Notes: a model not told the origin generated them from the letters alone. A DNA stretch of 64,000 bases from Bugula neritina (GCA_964035545.1 OZ037772.1:4902233-4966232), one strand, 5' to 3'; counted from the stretch's first letter, positions 1 to 11,219 are shown. Numbers and translations are program-made.

Positions 1-135
1 GAGTTGAGAATCATGTCTATGGATCAAATGGAGAGTTGGTGAAACTGACAGACCTTTATGACTTGCTATCCGTGCCTCAGAATCCAGTGGTTGCTGATAA
101 ACCTAAACTGGTTGTCATCCAAGCTTGCAACACGG
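1..135 (+). CDS. Caspase-family (peptidase C14A) gene, internal exon with the catalytic-Cys motif (5' part lies outside the window)
   Basis: The frame from nt 3 reads VENHVYGSNGELVKLTDLYDLLSVPQNPVVADKPKLVVIQACNT. This matches the caspase p20 consensus (HG..xVYGxDG...KPKLFFIQACxG). GTGAG donor at 136. Confidence 0.85.
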
Positions 136-231
136 GTGAGTTTTTTTCTAAATCGCATCTTACTGTAAGCCCAGGTAGTTCAGCATCAACAAAATTTTTT
201 CCTAATCAAATGCAATGTATGAATAATTTAG

Positions 232-372
232 ATCTACCTAAATCTGAGAAAGCAGAGCACACTTATGCTGAGACTGCTACACGTTCAGTTTCTGCTGCTA
301 GTACCAGAGACAGAAGTCTGCTAGAGAGACGCCATGGTGAAAATTTGTATGTTATGAAAGCTAGCTTTCTGT
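232..372 (+). CDS. Caspase exon: intersubunit linker and start of the small subunit
   Basis: AG acceptor at 230-231 and GTGAGT donor at 373. Reads (D)LPKSEKAEHTYAETATRSVSAASTRDRSLLERRHGENLYVMKASFL. ENLYVMKASFL aligns with the p10 DFLxAYST strand, and the phase fits the neighbouring exons. Confidence 0.7.
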
Positions 373-590
373 GTGAGTAAAAAAATCTCATTTTTGGTAT
401 ACTATGCTCTCTGTATATTATATGTATGCTTTACAACTAAACATAAAGCTGTTCCGTCTGTGCTAACTTTTCCACAAATAACCAAAATATTGTGTTCCAG
501 TTTATGTCAGTTTGTAGAGTAATATTCACATTATTGACTATATATAGCTATTCAAGTACTAAAAGTTCAGCTTTGTTGCATGTTATGTAG

Positions 591-700
591 CTTATAGTGC
601 CTGGAGATTTTCTGACTGTGGATCTCTTTTCATCAGATGCTTCGTCAGAACCATGTACCGACATGCCTGTCACAGAGACATGCATGAGATCTACAAAATT
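591..700 (+). CDS. Caspase exon: small-subunit SxR/GSxFI motif
   Basis: TAG acceptor at 588-590 and GTGAGT donor at 701. Reads (S)YSAWRFSDCGSLFIRCFVRTMYRHACHRDMHEIYKI, matching GYxSWR....GSWFIQ. Confidence 0.85.
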
Positions 701-958
701 GTGAGTGTGCTACTTTTCATCTGATATAATATAATAACATATAGCTTCTTTCAAAACTTGTTAATGTATTCTGTGTCTCATCTCTTTTGTTTTCATAACG
801 TGAAAGACCATAGTAATTAAGTGAAAATAACTCAGAAAGGAATAGAAACACTGATTATGTTGACTTCCTCATGCTGAATTTATTTCTAAATTATGTTTCA
901 ACTTACATTTAAGTCTAAGTAATTTTTTTGGGGTGACATGTTGCATTATTTTATGTAG

Positions 959-1312
959 GTACAAAATTGGGTTAGAAAATTTTGTACAGAGAAAAGACTT
1001 CCTCTTGGACAACTACCAGTTGCTATAGACACTCTGACACACCATAGAAAACTCTACCTGTTTCCAGGATATGATGGAAGTTCTGGTCGAGAGAAGGAGC
1101 TGAGTTTACTTCAACTCAGAAAGATATGTCAACATCCTTCATCCAAGCCGCTTCTGTCCCGTCTAGCTGCACAGTCCACACTGTCAGAGTCAGCTAGCAC
1201 TTCACAGCAGGCAGAGAGTGGGCAAGGCAGCAAATCAAATATCCAGAAGAGAAAATTGGACTTCAGCAAGGATAGCATCCAAATTATAAAACACAAAAAA
1301 TTGAGTGAATAA
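959..1312 (+). CDS. Caspase last coding exon with a C-terminal extension
   Basis: TAG acceptor at 956-958. Reads VQNWVRKFCTEKRLPLGQLPVAIDTLTHHRKLYLFPG (caspase C-terminal QxP...TLxKxLYLFP), then about 80 further residues to TAA at 1310-1312. Confidence 0.85.
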   Translation, partial: VQNWVRKFCTEKRLPLGQLPVAIDTLTHHRKLYLFPGYDGSSGREKELSLLQLRKICQHPSSKPLLSRLAAQSTLSESASTSQQAESGQGSKSNIQKRKLDFSKDSIQIIKHKKLSE

Positions 1313-3556
1313 ATTTGGATGCAGGCTTTATAAAAATATTTGAGTATCTATATTGGCATGTCTTGGGTTTTTGTACAGCTCAAAACAAACACTAGATGTT
1401 GCTAAAACCATTGAGCATGGCTGACAAAAAGTGCTTGGAAAAAGTATTCAATATGATTCACACACATCACTATGTTTGCTAATATTTGTGTGAATTCACT
1501 GCAATTATAAGTAATGCCAGCAAGTTTCTTTTTTAAACTATATTATATTATTAACCAGTTTCATATTCTACTAACTTAAATAATTATATAGTGTCAGCTT
1601 TTAAAAAGGACTATCAGCTTAGTTAATGTTCCAAATTCATGAGATAATTTACCTTCCAAATATGTTATAAGGCTGCATATTCAGGACCAATATTTTTTTG
1701 TCTATATAATCTGTTAGAGTCATATTAAACTTTTTACCACTATGATAAGATGTTACGTGTTATTATTATCATTAGCTCCTAGCATACAATTGTTCTACTT
1801 GCTGTTATTTTGTATCCCTACCCTTTTACTTGATGTATGTTACTATTTGGACTCTATTATTAATTCTGTCTGTTTGAACTCTGATACTATTGTTTAGTGT
1901 GCTTTGCTATATAATTAAAAAATTCAAATTTTTTTTAAAACTTATATGCCTATTTCTTGTGAACAAAATATAATATTATGTGAAAAGTCACAGTTCAAGA
2001 AGTTTCTAGTTCTTCACAGTTGACTTTTTATAAAGTTGAAACAGCAATTTGAATGACTATCAATTTGAAATCTAACACTTTACTAAAATGGCAACAATTA
2101 TGACAACATATTATGACTGTATATAACATAGTAGTTCCTATATCCCTGGATTTTTAGTAGACCATTGGAATCTTAGGAAAGTTTTCTGTATGCATGGAGT
2201 TGTTTGTTATTACTGCATGAATCAGACGATGATTGACAACGGTATAATGTCATGTTCTGTATACATATACATATAAGATATGGATATTTACAAATAGAGA
2301 GACAGTTTTAGCCCTCTTAACCAAATCTAGTTTCTCCAGCATAAAGATAATAGCTGCTGCAACTAACACAAAATAAAAACCTTCCTAATGTCTCTACCAA
2401 TGATGATGTCCTGAGCTGAACTTGTCCACCTTAAAGAATACTCAGGAAATTGCAGATTCTGAGCTAAGGTAGAGATATTCACCAATGAGGTCAAAGGTTG
2501 TAAAACTAAAGTTCTGTTTATTTAGATAAAATATGGTTCTGGTGTACCATGTTACTCAAATTCTGACAGTTACGGCTGCAGTGTTATATAATACCTTGCT
2601 ACTTTAATTCCGATATAGAGCATTTGGCAGCTATACTCCTACATTGCTATATAATTAGGCTGCAATGCTTTTCAGTAAAATTATTGTTATATCTATTGAA
2701 TAGGTAGCTACTGCATCACTGGACACAGTTCATTGTGTCTTCCTGTATAACATAAGCTGCGGCATGTCTGATCATTACTTCTAAGACAATGGTTACTGTA
2801 GTCTTTCATGATTATTATCAACTGGGTGTATAATAATTCCAGTAATATGTGCTAACTTTATACATCCACATTTTTTTTGATTTACTTTTAATGAGGGTGT
2901 AAAATCTGACTAAATATTTTATTGATTCGTAGTTGACTAGACTTTGAATAAGATGTTTTTGAGTGTAGAAACATTGTGATGGGCAGGTTTATTATGATTG
3001 ATAAAGTCAGATGCATACTTTCTCATTATATAATCAAAGTTTGAAATGAAACAGAAAACTATAATCTATAAGTCATATAAAATCAATATATATGATAGCT
3101 AACTCTTGTGTAACACAGTGTAAACATACGCGGTAGATAACTCCTATGTAAAAGAGAGTGAGTATACATGATGAATAAATCATGTGTAATACAGAGTAAA
3201 TACACTATTGTAATATATAGTCATTATGTATTCACATATAGATAACTATATACTAACTAATACTATAACTATATACTAATTTGTAACATATGGTAGATGA
3301 TACATGTATATAAATGTGCATTATACTATAATATTATTACTAACATGACATGCAAATCGTGCTGGCACAGACTCAAATATTTTGTACTGATGAATCATGT
3401 TGATAGAGTTTCCTTGTAAGCTGAAGGTCAGTGTATCACACTATGTATGTATTCTGTAGCCGACACTATGAGCAGTGTATATAGCTATGAATAATTTCTA
3501 ATATATAAGAATATTAGTAATTATGTATATTTATTATAAATATATTTTAGTTTATA

Positions 3557-3752
3557 GTCATCATCCCTGTGAGAAGCCTTTGATGAAAAGGTTTTTTTTC
3601 ATTAAAGCGAACTAAAGACTTATTCAAATGAGGCACAAGAGCAATTATGATTGGATGCTCTTTCTAACATCACCAATGGTCTTTGTCGACGCTTGAACCC
3701 ATGACCTCTTGTTTATTAAATAAACGATCTAACCCTTAGACCATTCCTGCTC
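3557..3752 (-). mobile_element. tRNA-derived SINE, MetaSINE-like
   Basis: Minus strand has an A-box-like TGGTCTAAGGG and a B-box GGTTCAAGC. These are followed by GTTAGAAAGAGCATCCAATCATAA, which resembles the Meta-domain core AGGAAGGGCATCCGGCCGTAA. The 3' half recurs at 28599-28704. Confidence 0.55.
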
Positions 3753-5842
3753 TCTATAGTAATAAGACATAGATTTCACAAAAATTTAAAAAGAGAGAAA
3801 AAAACGTTTTTGCACCAATTTGTGTTACTTGCTTCTTGACTTTGTGAAAAAAATTTATTATCAAATCGAAGTTTTAGCAGTCAAATGGGTAAAAACAATA
3901 AAATTCACCCACATACTTCATTGATAAATCTTACTTAGATATGATTAGTAAAAAACAATATTGATCTAACATCAGTTACCCAAAGACTGTTGCAGAAGTA
4001 TTTGATAAATCAAACCCTTGTATTTGTATAAAATATTCCAAAGTTTATAAATGTTGGCAAATTTTCCAAATAGAAATACCAATTAAAGCAATATGTGTTT
4101 TTATATTGTGCACAGATTTCCAATAACTCATTAAAGTTCTTTTAAATCAAGTAAGTTTATATTATTCAATCAACTTGCATGGATGTCAATTTAATTTTCC
4201 TACCTACTCTGAGTTGCCGTTCATATGTTACTTCGATACAAATACATAAGCACTGACATAAGTATGTATAAAAGCATGTTCACAAGCACAAAAAGGCACG
4301 CACCTAGATACACTTGTAAACAAAGACACATGCACACTCACACACACACACATACACACACAAACGCACACACCTATACCATTAATTTCACACCCAAATC
4401 AGACTTAATCAAGACTCAATTCGCACTCACTTTGCACCTGGCACCCAGTATATGCACAGCTACATAAAAATGTATAGTAGTGTACAGAAATTGTGTAAAG
4501 AATGTCATGATCAGAGCAAAGTCATGTTTAAAACTCTAAGTCTAAAATGTAATCTCTTCATGATTGTCATTCATTTAGAGATGGGTGTTTGTGGCATTCC
4601 CTCATAGTTCTAAGCTGCATGAAAGATTTCTTTGGCAGTTATACAGAGGGGCCATATTGAATATGGCCAACACTCTTGTCAAGGTGTGATAAGTTTTATT
4701 GATCGCCTCTCCCAAAATAAAACAATATATTATATTAAATGACTCATGCTTTTCTAACCTAACTACTTGTTCTTACACTTTAATTCACTACACTGTTCTT
4801 CTCACACTATATACCTATGAAGCTTAGCTTCTATCATAATGAAGTTTCTGATTGCAACTCCTGCTTTTGATATTATACTCTTTTCACTAGACTATGCTGA
4901 TTTTATCACGTTCAATATTCTTCAGCTCATTCGATAGCGCATTGAATTTTCTGCAACATTAATTAAGTTGACCGAAGTAAGTATTCCCTTTATATGTAAA
5001 TTTATACATTTAATTTGCAATATAAAAACCTGAAAAGCAATTAATATCTCGCTTTAAAACAGATTTTTACTTATTCATCACAAACTAAGATTTTTTAATC
5101 TACATCAGCTACAAATAGTCACAAAGGGTATGACTTTACTGCATTTTGATTTTGTCAAACAGGTTCATGCTAATATCTCGTTTATCTGAATACCACTTCA
5201 GAAATCAAAATTTAGATTGCAAACTATCGGTAAACTCCTTCAAGAGTCCAAAGAAGTCAAACCTTCAACTTGGCACAGGTTATTGACATAACGAGTGATG
5301 TTCAAGTATGCACTGTTTTATTAGTTTGTATATTGCATGATGATTGCATACAAATGAAATTAATTTCATTCACTAAACTAACTCTCTAGTTAGAGTTATG
5401 AGAGTTTATTGATTTTGAACTCTATTTCTTATCCACTTGTTAATTGGCATTTAATCCTAACAATATATTTCTACTAGCAAGTTATCTATACACAAGTTAA
5501 CATGAGTGAATTATCTGCAGTGCAAGATGCTCTGTAACAACATTTAGGTCTTCTTTGTTCAATTATTACGAATTTTTTGCAATAATTTATAAAAATATAT
5601 TTTACAAGTTTTCAGATTTATTATCATATCAAAATTTACATAGTGAAACTAAAATTTAAACTTTTGATAAAACAGTATATCTGAGGTTCTTTAGTTGCTA
5701 ATTTTTTATTTTCTCAGCTGATTTTTATTACTGACTGCTTATATTTTGGAGACAGTTGGCTATAAAATATAACAATTGGAAAAACACTGCTATTTGAAAA
5801 CACAGGCAATTCACCAATAGACAACTGGAAAATAGACATTTG

Positions 5843-6056
5843 GGAAATGAAGAATGTTCAACATAGACTATACTCAAAAAAAGGCGTTCAAGATAGCTTT
5901 TAACAAGAAAATATAGAGTCAGAATCTGTTATAAGCCTATGATGGAAGAATAATTAGTTACCAAATACTTTCAATTTTAAATTGCACTATTTTGAAACCG
6001 ACCAGACTCTGAATGTTTTTTATTGCCAAGTCTATGTTTAACATTCTTCATTTTCT
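5843..6056. repeat. Short inverted repeat, possible MITE remnant
   Basis: gaaatgaagaatgttcaacatagact near 5843 is mirrored by agtctatgtttaacattcttcattttc near 6030-6056. Confidence 0.4.
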
Positions 6057-6691
6057 AAATAAGTGTCTTTTAATTTTTATTATCTTCCCAATAGTCATGG
6101 ATTCTTGAAGAAAACTCATTCTATAAGTTTGAGAGAGCTATCGTTACTGCCTCCCACTATTCTGCTTGTTTGTGATTTATGAGATTATAATATAAATACA
6201 TTGTATGTATGATGTTGAGATCTTCACCATCTTCAAAAAATGTGCATTTTTACAAGCACTACATAACCTAAAATTGTTAATAGCTAAAATATTGTGAATT
6301 TGTCATAGTAATTTGATTTGGAACAGTATACATCTGAACCGTTAAGATGTTAACAGCTGAAATATTATAGGCTGAAGATATATAATAACTTGACTTGGTA
6401 GTTAAGATATAAACACATATAAACAGCTATCTGATTTTTCAACAAATGATGAATGCAAGGCTAAAATACTTAAGTATCTATAATATTATGCTTAGAGATT
6501 GATGAGTGTCCATTATTTTTACTCTTTTTACTTTTTAGTCAACATTTATAGCTGAAAATATAAAAGCAACTTTTCAGTGCACCGGAATTGTCGATTCCAT
6601 CAAAATTATAACAGCTGGAATCATTTTTGTAGCAAGATTATTTACTTGTACTTTTTTTCTTATAATATTATACAGTATGAGAAGCATAAAA

Positions 6692-6694
<3 letters not shown>

Positions 6695-6786
<92 letters not shown>
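6695..6786. repeat. (TA)n microsatellite
   Basis: Pure TA run; it produces the spurious YIYI ORFs. Confidence 0.95.
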
Positions 6787-6789
<3 letters not shown>

Positions 6790-6793
6790 TGAG

Positions 6794-7469
6794 AAGCATA
6801 ACACTATATATCATAGTATGAGGTTAAAATTGTCGAGCAGTGGTAATCTTGAAAAAGCCTCCTTGAGTTTGAATATTCAATCAATTCAAGAAATTTTGTG
6901 TAATTTTATGTTCTTGAAACTAATAGATTTTCTTCAATGTTATATACACTGTTTCATAAATTTAGTGTTTTGCAACTTTTTTAAACAGACCCTTAAGCAC
7001 ATGTCAAACTTGTCTGAAAACACTTTCAGTTATAGAATTGCAGATTGCAATTTATTGAATGACTTCTTCAACTTTCATTTGACAGCCATAAAAAGTATAA
7101 CATTTAAATTGGCACTGAAATTATTGACATAATAAGTCATTTACTAAAATGGGCTGCTTTAATAATATATAATATATATCTAATAGAAACGCAATGTTGC
7201 TTGCATACAAGTAAAACTTATTTTATGCATACAACCAACCCTTTAATTAGCAGATTTGTATAATTTTGTATTTTGAGTGTAATTTCTCTTCAAAACCTTT
7301 GCATTTAATCAAAGCAATTCTTTTCCACCTACAGTCAATCAGCTATAGATTACCTAATTTTACACCAATGACTCATCCACAGTTCCAGATGCTCTAAAAG
7401 AACATTTGGGTCTCAGCTGGTTAAGAATTATGCATCACTCTGTAATTTATAAACTAAAACTTTATACTT
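6794..7469 (+). repeat. Direct duplication, copy 1 (~680 bp; copy 2 at 11642-12333)
   Basis: agcataacactatatatcatagtatgag ... actttatactt is near-identical to 11642-12333. ORFs 6818..7132 and 11760..11996 give the same peptide. Confidence 0.9.
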
Positions 7470-7470
7470 T

Positions 7471-7540
<70 letters not shown>

Positions 7541-7546
<6 letters not shown>

Positions 7547-7930
7547 GTATACGAGAAACATTGTTATTTATTACTTTATTAGGTAAAGTAATTACACTGA
7601 TATTTCGGGTACCACTGTACCCATCTTCAGAGTAGCAATGAATGAAATTCAAAAATTATTATGTTACGTTAGACGTTATGCATGACACAAAGAATAGAGA
7701 GTGGCAGTTATTGTAAATTATTGAAACTTAGGGAGATAATCTTATTTTATATATTACGCAGGTCAAAAATTATACTGATTTTTTTGTATAAAAAATAAAT
7801 TAGAGTTGACAAAAAAAAAATATCAAAATATAAAAACAGCAAGAATTAATGAAACTATGTGACAGTTGAGTAGTGTGGAGCTATTGATATAGTTTTAGTG
7901 GTATGGAGTAATTTTGTTTATTGAGTTGCG

Positions 7931-7935
<5 letters not shown>
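7541..7935 (-). mobile_element. Penelope-like family B, 3' end/pLTR, inverted
   Basis: Reverse complement of about 9505-9903, flanked by TA runs. Contains an HHR at 7595-7634. Confidence 0.85.
7595..7634 (-). ncRNA. Minimal type I hammerhead ribozyme, family B
   Basis: Minus strand reads UACU-CUGAAGA-U-GGGUAC(AGUG)GUACCC-GAAA-UA-UC^-AGUG. Confidence 0.7.
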
Positions 7936-7967
<32 letters not shown>

Positions 7968-7970
<3 letters not shown>

Positions 7971-8166
7971 GTAGTGTGTTCAGATTGTTAATGATACATA
8001 CAGTAAACTGCACTCGTCAGGTGTTAGACTAAAAATAAATAAAATCTATGAAGCGTACCGATTATTCAAATTTTTACATAAAATAAATTATCATGCTAAA
8101 CACAACGTAAAACGAAATGCAAACATAGTAGTGGATTTGGTGTTATCTATTAATTAATAAAATTGC
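7968..8166 (-). mobile_element. Penelope-like family A pLTR, inverted copy fused to the 5'-truncated element; HHR partly deleted
   Basis: Reverse complement of about 8907-9152 with an internal deletion that removes GAAA and stem III (gatacata|cagtaaactgcactcgtcagg). Confidence 0.85.
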
Positions 8167-8167
8167 A

Positions 8168-8812
8168 TGGTATGACCCCCCATTCTCCAAAAGTGTAACA
8201 AGCAACCTGGGAAAACAATTTTTTTAAATCCTGGAGGAAGAAATACCCAAAGATCACAAAGTCTACAAAATTTTCAACAAAAACAACATAAAACTCAGTT
8301 ACAGCTGCTGCAGAAATTTAAACAACATAATCAACAGCCACAATAAAAGATTACTCAACCCAGCAAACCAACTTTCTCGAGAATGTAACTGCAGAAACAG
8401 CACAGTGTGCCCACTAGATGGAAAATGCCTCACAAAGTGCATCATATACCAAACTACAGTTACAACCAAAAATGGCAGCCAACCCCAGACTTACGTGGGA
8501 ACATCAGAAACAGAATTCAAAACCAGATTGTATAACCACAAATCAACTTTTAACAACAAAACAAAAAAGAACCATACTGAATTGAGCAAATATATCTGGA
8601 AACTAAAAGACAAGAACACCCATTTTGACATAACATGGAAAATTATGAAAAAGACCAACTCATACAACAAAGTCACTAAAAGGTGCAACCTCTGCCTATG
8701 GGAAAAATATTTCATAATATACCAGCCCAGCAAATCTTCCCTTAATAACAGAAATGAGATTCTATCCACATGCAGACATGCCCGTAAGCACTACCTGGGC
8801 AACATCACATAA
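8168..8812 (+). pseudogene. PLE ORF C-terminus (GIY-YIG endonuclease) with an in-frame TAA at 8225
   Basis: CIIY...YVG dyad, catalytic R (TRLYNH), E (LWEK), LN motif and a CxCx5C linker knuckle. Confidence 0.85.
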
Positions 8813-9048
8813 CAATACTAACAATTCTCAACCATAGTACTACCTATTATAAATTACCCTTTCCATCAAACATCTAGCTTTTATAGTCTAATCCTTTAGA
8901 AAAAGAGCAATTTTATTAATTAATAGATAACACCAAATCCACTACTATGTTTGCATTTCGTTTTACGTTGTGTTTAGCATGATAATTTTCTTTATGTAAA
9001 AATTTGAATAATCGGTATGCTTCATAGATTTTATTTATTTTTAGTCCA

Positions 9049-9093
9049 ACACCTGACGAGTGCAGTTTACTGTACGAAACTATATAGTCGTGT
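9049..9093 (+). ncRNA. Minimal type I hammerhead ribozyme, family A
   Basis: ACAC-CUGACGA-GUGCAG(UUUA)CUGUAC-GAAA-CUAUAUAG-UC^-GUGU. The core is intact and stem III is palindromic. Confidence 0.85.
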
Positions 9094-9224
9094 GAGATTT
9101 TTTAAATAAAAAAATATATATGTATCATTAACAATCTGAACACACTACATTATATTAGCTCTGTCCCCGTGATATCGAGCACTTTACTTTGCTGGAACTC
9201 CAACTAGATTGACAATCAGCATAC

Positions 9225-9289
<65 letters not shown>

Positions 9290-9294
<5 letters not shown>

Positions 9295-9925
9295 ATAGGC
9301 ATACGAGAAACATTGTTGATTAATTACTTTATTAATCACACAGGATACATGAACACTGCCATGACATCAATTCTAAAATTTATCAACACATCTCCACCAC
9401 TAATCATGGAAACATATCAATAGACAATGTAACAGTTTTAAATCATTCATTTAAAGGAATCCACCATCGAAAAGTAACCGAAGCACTCTACATTAAACAA
9501 ATAAAACCGCAACTCAATAAACAAAATTACTCCATACCACTAAAACTATATCAATAGCTCCACACTACTCAACTCTCACATAGTTTCACTAATTCTTGCT
9601 GTTTTTATATTTGGATATCTATTTTTTTTGTCAACTCTAATTTATTTTTTATGCAAAAAAATCAGTATAATTTTTGACCAGCGTAATATATAAAATAAGA
9701 TTATCTCCCTAAGTTTCAATAATTTACAATAACTGCCACTCTCTATTCTTTGTGTCATGCATAACGTCTAACGTAACATAATAATTTTTGAATTTCATTC
9801 ATTGCTACTCTGAAGATGGGTACAGTGGTACCCGAAATATCAGTATAATTACTTTACCTAATAAAGTAGTTAATCAACAATGTTTCTCGTATACCTATTT
9901 ATAATCAAATTGCTAGCTCGTAAAG
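9290..9925 (+). mobile_element. 5'-truncated Penelope-like element, family B (Penelope/Poseidon-like GIY-YIG C-terminus plus pLTR), preceded by a short inverted terminus (9290-9333)
   Basis: About 9339-9557 reads HRIHEHCHDINSKIYQHISTTNHGNISIDNVTVLNHSFKGIHHRKVTEALYIKQIKPQLNKQNYSIPLKLYQ* (RIxEH, EALxI, PxLN). HHR at 9806-9845. Flanked by TA runs. Confidence 0.85.
9806..9845 (+). ncRNA. Minimal type I hammerhead ribozyme, family B
   Basis: UACU-CUGAAGA-U-GGGUAC(AGUG)GUACCC-GAAA-UA-UC^-AGUA. Confidence 0.75.
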
Positions 9926-9965
9926 ATATATTTAAATATATAGATATATAGATATATAGATATAT

Positions 9966-10030
<65 letters not shown>

Positions 10031-10035
10031 TATAT

Positions 10036-10094
<59 letters not shown>

Positions 10095-10226
10095 GTATGC
10101 TGATTGTCAATCTAGTTGGAGTTCCAGCGAAGTAAAGTGCTCGATATCACGGGTGACAGAGCTAATATAATGTAGTGTGTTCAGATTGTTAATGATACAT
10201 ATATATTTTTTTATTTAAAAAATCTC

Positions 10227-10271
10227 ACACGACTATATAGTTTCGTACAGTAAACTGCACTCGTCAGGTGT
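10227..10271 (-). ncRNA. Hammerhead ribozyme, family A, minus-strand copy
   Basis: acacgactatatagtttcgtacagtaaactgcactcgtcaggtgt is the exact reverse complement of 9049-9093. Confidence 0.85.
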
Positions 10272-10727
10272 TAGACTAAAAATAAATAAAATCTATGAAG
10301 CATACCGATTATTCAAATTTTTACATAAAGAAAACTATCATGCTAAACACAACGTAAAACGAAATGCAAACATAGTAGTGGATTTGGTGTTATCTATTAA
10401 TTAATTAAATTGCTCTTTTTCTAAAGGATTAGACTATAAATGCTAGATGTTTGATGGAAAGGGTAATTTATAATAGGTAGTACTATGGTTGAGAATTGTT
10501 AGTATTGTTACCATAGTACTACCTATTATAAATTACCCTTTCCATCAAACATCTAGCTTTTATAGTCTAATCCTTTAGAAAAAGAGCAATTTAATTAATT
10601 AATAGATAACACCAAATCCACTACTATGTTTGCATTTCGTTTTATGTTGTGTTTAGCATGATAGTTTTCTTTATGTAAAAATTTGAATAATCGGTATGCT
10701 TCATAGATTTTATTTATTTTTAGTCTA

Positions 10728-10772
10728 ACACCTGACGAGTGCAGTTTACTGTACGAAACTATATAGTCGTGT
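10728..10772 (+). ncRNA. Hammerhead ribozyme, family A, plus-strand copy
   Basis: Identical to the 9049-9093 core. Confidence 0.85.
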
Positions 10773-10827
10773 GAGATTTTTTAAATAAAAAAATATATAT
10801 GTATCATTAACAATCTGAACACACTAC

Positions 10828-10905
<78 letters not shown>

Positions 10906-10911
10906 TATATC

Positions 10912-10968
10912 TGAATCTGTGGACAGCAGCTGTTTCGGGATTTGTCCCCTCATCAGCAAAGAACAGAG
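10912..10968 (-). ncRNA. Retrozyme HHR copy 1 (stem I mismatch)
   Basis: UCUUUG-CUGAUGA-GGGG(ACAAA)UCCC-GAAA-CAG(CUG)CUG-UC^-CACAGA. Confidence 0.75.
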
Positions 10969-11161
10969 TACCATGGCCCACACCTTCGCAATAGTAAAAC
11001 TTATAGTTTTACTAAAGCATATTTAAAAAGTGTGTAAACTTAAGCCAGAGTCACCTAGGAGTCACGAGCATTGCAAAATGCTAGCAGCTTGAGTTTGTGA
11101 CCATGGTGAGAGTGCTCAATCATTTAATGTCATTGCTGAGCATTAAATGAGAGCGTAATAT

Positions 11162-11219
11162 CTCAATCTGTGGACAGCAGCTGTTTCGGGATTTGTTCCC
11201 TCATCAGCACAGAACAGAG
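11162..11219 (-). ncRNA. Retrozyme HHR copy 2
   Basis: UCUGUG-CUGAUGA-GGGA(ACAAA)UCCC-GAAA-CAG(CUG)CUG-UC^-CACAGA. All three stems pair. Confidence 0.9.

Larger units (their letters stand above)
8167..9226 (+). mobile_element. 5'-truncated Penelope-like retroelement, family A (Naiad-type), with RT thumb, linker, GIY-YIG, pLTR and tail
   Basis: The frame from 8168 reads WYDPPFSKSVTSNLGKQFF*ILEEEIPKDHKVYKIFNKNNIKLSYSCCRNLNNIINSHNKRLL..ECNCRNSTVCPLDGKCLTKCIIY..YVGTSETEFKTRLYNHK..CNLCLWEK..CRH. HHR at 9049-9093. The element ends in (TA)n. Confidence 0.9.
10092..10832. mobile_element. Foldback (palindromic) pair of family A pLTRs
   Basis: 10092-10510 is the reverse complement of about 8810-9226, and 10511-10832 repeats about 8832-9152. 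TA runs lie on both sides. Confidence 0.9.

Noticed and set aside
36-380. ORF 36..380 as a single-exon protein
   Set aside because: It reads through a 96 nt intron (136-231) with a good donor and acceptor. The spliced model fits the caspase consensus better, although in-frame intron retention cannot be excluded.
6818-7132. 104 aa ORF repeated at 11760-11996
   Set aside because: It recurs only because of the DNA duplication. It has no recognisable domain, and the start differs between copies.
8168-8812. Selenocysteine read-through in the Naiad-type ORF
   Set aside because: The only in-frame stop is TAA, not TGA.
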